This document shows positions 45,328-56,260 of a DNA stretch of 64,000 bases, one piece after another. A program made the position numbers and the translations under genes. The notes under the pieces are model-generated. The model saw nothing but the letters and a program-made list of their open reading frames with translations, did no database searches and was not told where the DNA came from. Where the stretch lies: positions 746,186-810,185 of the forward strand of contig JAWQFM010000030.1 of the NCBI GenBank assembly GCA_033442325.1. The letters are read 5' to 3'. This DNA comes from Salpingoeca rosetta. Lineage: Eukaryota > Protista > Choanoflagellata. Position 1 is the stretch's first letter. Each line of letters opens with the position of its first letter.

Positions 45328-46676
45328 ATGGCGCGTCGCCAGCAAGACGATGTGTATGATGATGATGGGGAGTTTGATGATGATGATGACGATGATGATT
45401 TCCAGGACAATTATCGTCCAACGATTGTGCGCCGGGATGCCCGCTCCGTATGGCAAGAGCTTTCCCTGGTTCGCCCTGAAAGAGTGCCAGCAGCACGAGA
45501 CCCACCGACATCGGTGACATCCGGCGGGGTTCGCTCTGATGTGAACGTGGATGCGCTTCCCAATGTGCGCAGGATGGACACGCGTCGAGATCCAAACGCT
45601 CCTGCAAGTTCAAGTTCCAGCAGCAGAAGGCGACGTGTTCAGGCTGCATCAGCATCAAGATCAGCATCAAGACCAGCAGCAAGGTCAGCATCAAGATCAG
45701 CATCAAGAGCACACAGAGGGAGCGGGCGAAGAGGAGCAGGGCGAATGCCAGGACCAGGGCGAAGTCGAAGGCTAAGCGCAGGTGAAGTACGGTTGCTGGA
45801 GGAGAGAGATCCCAATACCAGCTATGTTGATCGTTTCCCTTTGAACAGAGTAGGAGGTGTGAGGTTCGGGAGAAGGGGACTGGGCATGGGTCCTGGAGCT
45901 CGGATCGCAGCTGATATGCCGTACAGCTTGACACCACCACCACGGTTTTCAATTCGAGTGCCTCAGCCACCGATGACGAACGTAAACCCTGAGCAGCAAA
46001 TCGATCCAATCGTTCTGAATGCATTGGGGCAGGACGATGGTGATTTTGATATGTATGTGAGGGAACGCAATCCGAGGACGAACCGAATGCTTGCAAGACC
46101 CGTGCGGAACATTAACAGCATGGATGAATCGTCGAGTGAGATTGTGGCGCAGTGGCAACGACGACTGCTTATTCAGCTGAGCAAGTGCTTGCCCGTGTAT
46201 GAGACGGTGAACGACGCGAATGGAAATCCTGCATACTACATCAAGCATTTGGCACCGCTTGTGTATGATGAGCAGGGAAACCTGAAGGTGGTGAAAGGCA
46301 TTGCAAAAGGTGTGAATCCTACGTTCGTGAGCAATGGTGTGTCTGGTCAAGTGTTTTCTGGTCTGTATTGGCAGTTCAGGCGTGAGCAGCGTAGACGGGA
46401 TGGGTCGCAGGTGGAGTTTGTTGGTTCGCACCTGTGCCATCGTGGAAACACGAACCCGTTGCTGGTGTATGAGACAAGGGGTGATGAACATCAGTTGTAT
46501 GAGTGGGTTGTGCCTTGTGTGAATCCGGCGCATTTGTGTGGAGAGACGAGCACGTTGAATACGTCACGCATTGGTTGTCCAGGCATGGCCATTGGTTGCA
46601 GTCATACCCCAAAGTGTTTGCGTCCTGCTGCTGAATCGTCCATGCGTTCATACCACTACAGCTTTGGCTTTGACGC

Positions 46677-46680
<4 letters not shown>
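45328..46680 (+). CDS. His-Cys box (His-Me finger, I-PpoI family) homing endonuclease with a long disordered N-terminus
   Basis: C-terminal GSHLCH..[insert]..CVNPAHLCGETSTLNTSRIGCPG..GCSHTPKCL parallels the I-PpoI motif SHLCH..CxNPxHLCxE...N..R..CPG...C.H...CL. Confidence 0.9.

Positions 46681-46716
<36 letters not shown>
46680..46716. repeat. (GT)n microsatellite directly after the endonuclease stop, followed by AATAAA
   Basis: About 18 GT units, then ggAATAAAc at about 46721. Confidence 0.9.
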
Positions 46717-46719
<3 letters not shown>

Positions 46720-46808
46720 GAATAAACAAGTGAGGGATATGATCATTTACACGATGGTATAGATATAACCAAGGCAACGAGGAATATCCCCTGGTTGCCA
46801 GAGCCGCC

Positions 46809-47452
46809 GGTAACTTTTCGGACACCTCTAGGTTGAAGCTGTCAACAGGCGCAGTGCAGAATGGGAGCTTAGACGCACGAGTGCGTTGTTCACTCTTATC
46901 CGCCGCGACTAAAGGATCGATAGGCCATGCTTTCACAGTTTGTATTCATCCTGAAAATCACAAAATCAAGTGAGCTTTTGTCCTTTTACTCCACATGAGA
47001 TTTCCGTTCTCATTGAGCTCACCTTGGGACACCTGCGTTATCGTTTTACAGATGTGCCGCCCCAGCCAAACTCCCCACCTGACCTCGTCTTGAAAGCGGG
47101 TCGGGATCGGCATAACATGAAGCGCAAGAAGCACTCCACGCTGCCCTCCCTTTCTCCAGAAATGGTGCACATGTGTGATCGGGTGCGCACAGCTCACACA
47201 AGAAATGCGCGCTACGCACACCACAATCACCCACACCAGCCCCGTGTCATTCAATAAGCAAAAAAACGACCAGAGTAGTGGTATTTCAAGGCCGCAAGCA
47301 CAATTTAATGCATTTGCTCCCACCTATGCTACACCTCTCTAACCCTAACACGGTCGGACTAGAGTCAAGCTCTAGCGGGTCTTCTTTCCCCGCTGATTGT
47401 GCCAAGTCCGTTCCCTTGGCTGCGGTTTCGCTAGAGCGTAGATAGGGACAGT

Positions 47453-47484
<32 letters not shown>

Positions 47485-48723
47485 CAGTTAAATGACGAGG
47501 CATTTGGCTACCTTAAGAAAGTCATAGTTACTTCCGCCGTTGATCCCGCGCTTGGCTTGAATTTCTTCACGTTGACATTCTGAGCACTGGGCAGAAATCA
47601 CATTGCGTCTACACCGTCGCAACAGCCTATCCTCGCAATGCTTTGTTTTAAGTAAACAGTCGGATTCCCCTTGTCCGTACCAGTTCAAGATCGGTTGCTA
47701 AAAAATAGTGTGCGCAGAATGTAGAGGTGCAAGAACGGCATGCAAGCACACCCCCTTTCACCCCCACACCCACACACACAATCAACCTCTTGAGCCAATC
47801 CTTATCGCGAGCTTACGGATCTATTTTGCCGACTTCCCTTACCTACATTCGTCTATCAAACTAGAGGCTCTTCACCTTGGAGACCTGCTGCGGTTATCAG
47901 TACGGCCAACCACGCCCACATGCAGCGGAGAAAATAGATTAGCACAAGTGCTTCTCTTCTTCCCCCCACACTGCTACCATTCACACCCTCGGATTTTCAT
48001 GGACCGCCGGGAACGCGCCGGACACCACAACAAAAAGAGGTCAGTGGTGCTTTGCCGAGCCTCTCACCCCATCTCCAGCCAAACTGATTCCAGGGTCAGA
48101 GAATGCGACGAGGAAGGTTGAAGAGCGCAGAATAAACTAACACTCTTCCCCCTACTCCCCCCCACAATGCAGCTCGTTAAAAAGAAAAGAAAACTCTTTC
48201 CAGGGCCCCCGGCAGCGTCTCCGAGTTTGTACGCGTTGCCGCTGCTCTATCAAAACATTCTTTGTGGCGTGCGTTGGTCCAGGAATCTTAACCTGGTTCC
48301 CTTTCGATGGACTGGGGTATTCAACACGTGTGCAAGCATGGCGATAATATCACCACCACCCACACACACGCAACAACTCCCCACTTGACACAGGACTGCC
48401 CCATCTCTTAGGACCGACTCACCCGTGGCCAACTGCTGTTCCCACGGAACCTTGCTCCACTTCAGTCTTCAAAGCTCTCATTTGAATCGTTGCTACTGTC
48501 ACCAAGATCTGCACTGGAGGCCCCTCCACCCAGGCTCACGCCACAGGCTTCCACGGCAAAAAGATTGCTCTCACGCAAACACCTCCACGCCCACCTACTT
48601 GTGTGTGGCTACATGTAGTTTTGAGACGCAACAAGCACGAATGCTCGCTTCGCTCGCTCTCTTCCACACACAGCGGAGTATAGGTACGACGCTTGAGCGC
48701 CATCCATTTTCAGGGCTAGTTGA

Positions 48724-48757
<34 letters not shown>

Positions 48758-48999
48758 ATTCCGACTTCCATGGCCACCGTCCTGCTGTCTATATCAACCA
48801 ACACCTTTTGTGGGTTCTCATGAGCGTCGATTCCGGCACCCTAACTCCGCGTTCGGTTCATCCCGCATCGCCAGTTCTGCTTACCAAAAATGGCCCACTT
48901 GAGACTCGGTTATTCAGCATTGCCCGCTTCATAAACAAAGAAAGCGCGCCGCCTTACCCATTTAAAGTTTGAGAATAGGTTGAGGGAAGTGGCTCCCCC

Positions 49000-49030
<31 letters not shown>

Positions 49031-49986
49031 AACTAACCAAAAGATCATAAAATAAGTCTCAGCTATCCTGAGGGAAACTTCGGTGGGAACCAGCTACTAG
49101 ATGGTTCGATGAGTCTTTCGCCCCTATACCCAAGTTCGACGACAGATTTGCACGTCATGATCGCTACGAGCCTCCACCAGAGTTTCCTCTGGCTTCGCCC
49201 TACTCAGGCATAGTTCACCATCTATCGGGTCCTAACATCTGCGCTAAAACGCAAATCCTTCAGCGGAGGAGGGTGGAGCCACCGCACACCCCTTTCCCCT
49301 CCCCCAATCCAGATCGGTCGATGGTGCTGCGAGTGCTGCTGTTAAAAGTGTACTCACGCACACTTCCCAACACTGCATCCCACCTCTCACTTTCATTGCG
49401 CGCCCTAGCTTCATGCTCGCTAAAACACTCGCGCACATGTTAGACTCCTTGGTCCGTGTTTCAAGACGGGCCGTTTGCAGCCCTGTCGCCAGCATCTCCC
49501 CGGTGGTGTGCGCCAAGCGGCAAGCGCAACATTCCCAACACTGCCCGCACACACTCTGTCAACAGCACAAGAGAACGAGTCTCTCATCCCAAAACAAGAG
49601 TCTGCGCAACACAATGCCGAAAACAGCACCCATGCCAAAGACCACATAACAAAGCCACCGCATCGATAATTTCCTCAGTCCCACGTGCGACAGAAACATA
49701 AAAAAGCAGATGCGCCACGCACAAGGGCGCCCTCGCATCGCCGTCTCTCACACACAAAACTCATGCTGGCAGACACGCCCCGCGAGTGCAGGCAGCGCAG
49801 CACACAACAACAGCAACGCAGCGGCGCATATGTGCAACAAGTGCACACAATACACCCCCCGCACCGTCATCACACACCACACCAAAAACCCTGATCACAA
49901 GGCGCGCCCAGTCTCTGCTAGCTGCAAGCGATTCTCTGTCAACGGTTTCACGTACTGTTTAACTCTCTTTTCAAAGTGCTTTTCAT

Positions 49987-50020
<34 letters not shown>

Positions 50021-50338
50021 GTGCCAGTATTTAGCCTTGGATGCAGTTTACCACCCGGCTTTGGGCTGCATTCCCAAACAACCCGACTCAAGAGAATAAA
50101 CGGACCACACACCGCACATCAGCGCAAATAAACTAGCACCAGCGGGACTCTCACCCTCTCCGGTGTCCTCTTCCAAGGAAACTCGGTGCTGCGCCAAACA
50201 ACAATGCACAACAAAAGCTGTGCACCATCACAAAGACATGCGACGGCCCGCATCCCATAAAGACTACAACTCGCCACAAAAAAGAAGCTTGTGGAGATTC
50301 CAATGCTTGAGCTCTTCCCGCTTCACTCGCCGTTACTG

Positions 50339-50372
<34 letters not shown>

Positions 50373-50419
50373 GTGATATGCTTAAGTTCAGGGGGTACCC
50401 TTGCCTGACCTGAGGTCAA
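46809..50419 (-). rRNA. 28S (LSU) rRNA gene, 3'-truncated in domain V
   Basis: 5' TTGACCTCAGGTCAGG..CTGAACTTAAGCATATC; conserved GACCCGTCTTGAAACACGGACCAAGGAG-like and CTATGACTTTCTTAAGGTAGCC blocks. Homology stops after AGAGGTGTCCGAAAAGTTACC; no A-loop or sarcin-ricin loop was seen. Confidence 0.95.
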
Positions 50420-51302
50420 CAATGAGAATGAGTAGAGGAGGGGAAGGGGTTTGAGAGGGTGAAAAAGTGGAGTGGAGTGGTGTGGATGGATGCAGTGGTC
50501 TGTGCGCATACACTGCAACAAGTGCAGTGCTATGCACACAAACAGTGCTCCGTCCACCACTATTCCAGCTTTCCTTTCTCTCTCACACATGTTCCCTCTC
50601 TTCTTCATCAGTGTTTTTGCTCACATGACCAGTGTCACAAAAGCCACATAAAGATGCAAGCACACAAGTGCACATGCCTCTTCACACACACACACAGCAT
50701 ACACACCCTGCAGAACAACGATGCCAGTTGACACATCGCTCCACAGCTTGGTGTATCCTGCTGCATATGCAGATACAGCATGCGCGTGCTTGCCGTGGTC
50801 TCGCAACAACGGCACCCACACAGCGACAGTGAGTGATGACAACAGTATGAGAATAGAAGTGGGATGTGTGTGTGTGTGAATCACATCAACTGCAACAACA
50901 CAACGCACAAGGCATCGTATCATCGTGCAATGCAATCCACATGCTCACACACACAAACACCCACTCCTTCTTCGTCACAGTCACTATCACCATCATCATC
51001 GCAATGGAGTCGTAAGCTCTCCTCTTCAGAGTCCAGTCTCACACAATACACACACACAGCAAAAATGTGTGTGTGCACCGCATCGACTAACACCCCATGG
51101 CCACCAACAATGCACAGTGCAATAATGGGATACGAGTACATGATGCATGGGCGCTTCCTCATACTGCTACACAACAAGCATCACCACACCAACAAAGGTG
51201 CGCTGCTGCTGCTGCTGCATAGTTGCAGTAATCAAATACACCCACACAAACACTCACACACTCGTAAGCACACAAAAACGCATTGTCAATGAGATTGAGT
51301 GG

Positions 51303-51486
51303 CGACACTCAGGCAGACATGCCCGCACGCACAGACACGCACACAATGGCGCATGCCCACACACACAGGCGCAATGTGCGTTCGAAGATTCAATGATTCA
51401 CGGAATTCTGCAATTCACACTACATTTCGCGTCTTGCCACGTTCTTCATCGATGCACGAGCCAAGAGATCCACCGTTGAAAGTTGT
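51303..51486 (-). rRNA. 5.8S rRNA
   Basis: ACAACTTTCAACGGTGGATCTCTTGGCTCGTGCATCGATGAAGAACG..GAATTGCAGAATTCCGTGAATCATTGAATCTTCGAACGCA. Confidence 0.95.
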
Positions 51487-52135
51487 CTCATGGTTATTAA
51501 TTTGGTTGTGTTGAATGAGATGTTGAGATTGAAGTGAGAGTGGTTGCACATGTATGTGTTTGTGTGTGTATTCCAACGCACAATGTTTGTTGGCACACAC
51601 TCACACACACAGCACAACGCTCTCTCTCCCTCTCTTTCTCTCACTCACTCGTTTGTGGTTATCATGTATGTACATATGTCCACAGCACGGCACACATGGC
51701 TTGGATGCTGCTGCTGCAGCAAGATGCTTTCGCCCACACTGTCATGTGTGTGCAATCGCAGCCGCTGCCACAACAACAATCCAAAACATGCTTGCTTTCT
51801 GCGTTCATTTCTTCTTCTTCTTTGCACGAGGCAAACAACGTATACATTACACACACACACAAGAACACTGCCATCGCAATGCAACACACACAAAATGCGT
51901 GCTCCACTGCGACACACAATGCCCATGCACGCATGCACATGCTTTTGCTTTGTTTTGTCTTCATTCACACAATGCTCACTCCCACACACAAAAGCGTGCG
52001 AGAGCGATTTGGTTGGTTGGCTCAGTTGGCTCAGTTGGCTCAGTTGGCTCAGTCCAGTGTCTCCACCTTCCCTCACCTTCCCTCACCCCTCACCTTCCTT
52101 TCACCAACCACGCTTTTCAACGTTTTCCTTGTTGG

Positions 52136-52192
<57 letters not shown>

Positions 52193-52285
52193 AATGATCA
52201 AGTTTGACCAGGTTCTCAGCAAAAGATGACATGGGCAGCTGTTGCCAGCGCCCACGCGCCAATCCCGAGGCCTCACTAAACCATT

Positions 52286-52331
<46 letters not shown>

Positions 52332-52864
52332 ATCAACGCAATCTGTTGAATTGCGCTTACTAGGAATTCCTCGTTCAAGATGAATAATTGCAAGCATCTA
52401 TCCCCAGCACGACGGGTTTTCACAAGAGTCCCCACGCCTTCCAGCGCAGGAATAGATGTTCATGGCAAGAGAAACGCTTTCACGCTCCCCACCACAAACA
52501 CCCAAAGCATACTCGCTGCCCCCGTCAGTGTAGCGCGCGTGCAGCCCAGAACATCTAAGGGCATCACAGACCTGTTATCGCCTCAAACTTCCTTCGGCTT
52601 ACGCTCAATAGCAACGCCGAGTGTCCCTCTGAGTGGTGTGATGAGAGACACGCTTGCGCGTAATCTCCAACGCCTGCTAACGCAGGCGCACACCAATCAG
52701 CAAGTCAAGGTCTCGCCGTTTACCGTAATCAAACAGAGATTTCACAACAAAAGCTGGACGGCCATGCACCACCTCCCTTGGAATCAAGAAAGAGCTGTCA
52801 ATCTGTCAATCCTTCCCATGTCTGGACCTGGTGAGTTTCCCCGTGTTGAGTCAAATTAAGCCGC

Positions 52865-52911
<47 letters not shown>

Positions 52912-54230
52912 ATCTTGCGATCATACTCCCCCCGGAACCCAAACGCTTTGGTTTCCCTAAAGGTCCCGATGGCGCCTCCACTTGATAAAAGTTTGTGCTG
53001 CCCACCGAGCCCTGGCCGGCATCGTTTATGGTTAAGACTACGACGGTATCTAATCGTCTTCGATCCCCTAACTTTCGTTCTTGATCAATGAAAGCGTCCT
53101 TGGCAAATGCTTTCGCAGTCGGCGGTCTTTCGTAAATCCAAGAATTTCACCTCTGACAACGAAATACCAGTGCCCCCAACCGTCCCTATTAATCATTACT
53201 TCAGACCCGATGTGGTGAGGGAGGAACAAGAAAACCTTGCGGTTTCTCACTCCACACCCCCGCACCACACGCCAACAGTACAGGCCCAAAAGTCCTCTTC
53301 CGTTGTTCCATGCTAATCTATTCAAGCAAATCAAATGACTGCCTGCTTTGAACACTCTAATTTTTTCAAAGTAAAGCCCCCAACAGCGCCCCACCACTAC
53401 GTGACTTGACACACACCCAATCAAGGGCACGCGCCAAAGGCGCCACCAGGGAATATTAAAACTGCAGAGCGCAAACAGTGCAGGGCAAGGGCGAAACAGT
53501 GTCTCTCCCCCACCACACACCGTGAACCCCGCATGAAATCCAACTACGAGCTTTTTAACTGCAACAACTTTAGTATACGCTTTTGGAGCTGGAATTACCG
53601 CGGCTGCTGGCACCAGACTTGCCCTCCAATTGTTCCTTGATAAGGTCTTTACATTGTTCTCATTCCAATTGCACAGTGCATAAAAAACACCGTGCATTGG
53701 TATTTATTGTCACTACCTCCCTGTGTCAGGATTGGGTAATTTGCGCGCCTGCTGCCTTCCTTGGAAGTGGTAGCCGTCTCTCAGGCTCCCTCTCCGGAAT
53801 CGAACCAAATGTTCCCCGTCACCCGTTGTCACCATGGTAAGCCAATACCTTACCATCGAAAGTTGATAGGGCAGAAATTCGAATGAGACACCATCACACA
53901 CAAAAGTGTAACGGTCAGCAAAGTTATTCTGATTCACCAGTCATGTTCCTGCTGGCTTTATACCTAACAAATGCAGCCCTCGAGAAGACAAAATGTGCAT
54001 ACACACACCTCTCTCTCGGGCCTTGTCGCACGTATTAGCTCTAGAATTACCACGGCTATCCGTCTAGCACAACACCGCTCCGAAAAACGAGTTGCAAACT
54101 ATCAAATAAACTATAACTGATTTAATGAGCCATTCGCAGTTTCACAGTATCAAGAATACTATTCATACTTAGACATGCATGGCTTAATCTTTGAGACAAG
54201 CATATGACTACTGGCAGGATCGACCAGTTA
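52136..54230 (-). rRNA. 18S (SSU) rRNA, about 2.1 kb with expansions
   Basis: 5' TAACTGGTCGATCCTGCCAGTAGTCATATGCTTGTCTCAAAG; GTGCCAGCAGCCGCGGTAA; 3' GTAACAAGGTTTCCGTAGGTGAACCTGCGGAAGGATCATT. Confidence 0.97.
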
Positions 54231-56260
54231 TCTCTCCATAGAAGGCGAGTGGCAGTTGTGGTGTGTGTGAGTGTGTAAATGTGTTAATGTGTATGTGAAT
54301 CGTGTAGAGATGCATGTGAATGCGTGTAGGTTGTAGAGCCCACACACATTGCACACACACAATGCACGACACATCATAATGCACAACACACACGCAAAAC
54401 ACACCACAGCTGCCGCCCAGCTATGGCTGTCGAGGATTCAGAAGAGAAAAGAGAGATAAGCAAAGGGGAAAGAGAGAAAACACACAACAATGCAATGAAT
54501 GCTGTGCATCTTCCCTTCTTCCCCTCACTGTTCACTCACTCACTCACCCTGCACCCCGACAAACAAAGCTTCCACAAGCAACACGCACATCGCTGCACGT
54601 GCCACTCGGGTCGTTCTGTTTTTCTTTTTGGTTTTGTTCTTGTGGCTATGCACACAACAACAACCCCAGACACACACACACAAAAAGGTGTGTGGATGAA
54701 GCAGTGACATTCAATGCAAATACACAATGTGTGTGCTGTTCTCAGTGAGTGCCAGTGACAACAACCTGCTCTGCCAACAAAGCACACACCACCATTGTTT
54801 CGCATCTGCATGCATGCGCATGTGTGTGTGTGCAAACAACGCGACGTTGCTCACACAACACACAATACATCACACAGCACACACAAATACAATGGCAGCA
54901 CGTGCCCATCAGCAGCATGCAGTGCGCATGGCTCTCTTTCGAAACAACACACAACACTGTCTCGCATCAAATGTACTTCATCCACGCATGTGTGCGTGCC
55001 CAAAATCATCATCGTGCTCACAGCACAGTTTGCCTCCACTCATGATAGAGTGTTGCTCAAGGCACCCTCTCAAGAAGAACAATCCACACCGCTCTCACGG
55101 CGGGATTGCCTCCTGCATGCGCAAGCTTGGTGTCATCAAGGACAGTCGCCACCTGCCAATTTTACGGCAGACGGCGCCCACCCTCTATCAGAGATCACAG
55201 CAGATAAACACACATGCATACATGTGCCTTGCCGTCACTCCGCCAGCGGCTTGCAACTTGCTTCAACATCATAGACTTTTGGCTCAACACCAGCAATCCA
55301 TGCAAAGCTTTGCTTGCTCTCGCTCGCAATACTTCATCGACCCGCATGTCACAGCGGGCTGCGTCTTGCCTCCAAAGGCAACCACAGCCACACCCACAAC
55401 ACACAGCTGACAACGTTTTGTTTTTCACTGTGCCACATCCACGTGTGCAGCAAAGCAACTGCCAGCCATCCCCAACACACAAACACATCTTGGCTCATCG
55501 CCCTTCTCCCAACGCACAGCTACACACACAAGGAAAATGCAAGCCCATTCATGCGCACACACGTCATCTACGCGCCAGGCACATCGCTGTGCCCGGGTCT
55601 CAATGCACCATGCGTGCAGGCTTGCTTCCTGCGTCTCGCTGCGTCACATCACACAAGAATGTGAAATGTGAGGAGAGAAGAACAATCAAGAGCCAACAAT
55701 GCGTGTTCGTATGAGAGGAATGACAAGCGCTTCACACTGTCACACTCAGAGGAAGCTGAACAATCAGCTCGCCCTCTTTCCGCAAACACAGTCGTTGCTC
55801 GCCACAAGCGCATATGTCGTGTGTTGCTTTGCTTCTGTGTAGTAGAGATGTGTTTGCTCATGCGAGTGATCACAAGAACACACACAGAGACACGAGCAAT
55901 CGCTTGCTCGCCTCCCCACATGTGTCTCATCACACCCACACACAATGCTCACGCATCACACACACACAAGCAACCACACACACAGACACACGCCCGTGCT
56001 GTTATCATTGCATGTGCCGTGCATGCATGTGTGCCCGTGCAAGCTTTGCTCACAACACAAACAAGTGTCGCTTCGCTTTGCCTGCACTCACACACTTCAC
56101 ACACACACAAATGAAGAGAGAGGTCGCTCAAAACACAGCAGAACAAAGACCCAAGAAGAAAGAGAAGTTGTAGCTGCAAGGGCGCAGACGCGGCTTTTCG
56201 TGCCCGCAAGCAATCCTGCTCAGCGACATTCGCCTTGCTCTCATGCTTGCGCCTCTACTC
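54231..56260 (-). other. rDNA 5' external transcribed spacer / promoter-proximal spacer
   Basis: Non-coding CA-rich sequence immediately upstream of the 18S; assigned by position only. Confidence 0.55.

Larger units (their letters stand above)
18211..46808. mobile_element. Endogenous Polinton-like virus (Preplasmiviricota), ~28.5 kb, between the telomere and a truncated 28S rDNA
   Basis: Dense intronless ORFs almost free of host (CA)n tracts. Contains pPolB, A32-like ATPase, three MCP-like and two penton-like ORFs, and a His-Cys endonuclease. Confidence 0.9.

Noticed and set aside
18211-46808. Whole virus as cargo of a giant group I intron
   Set aside because: No downstream 28S exon in the correct orientation, and no P7/R/S core elements were recognised.
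46958-54402. ORFs overlapping the rDNA
   Set aside because: Spurious frames within the rRNA genes and ITS.
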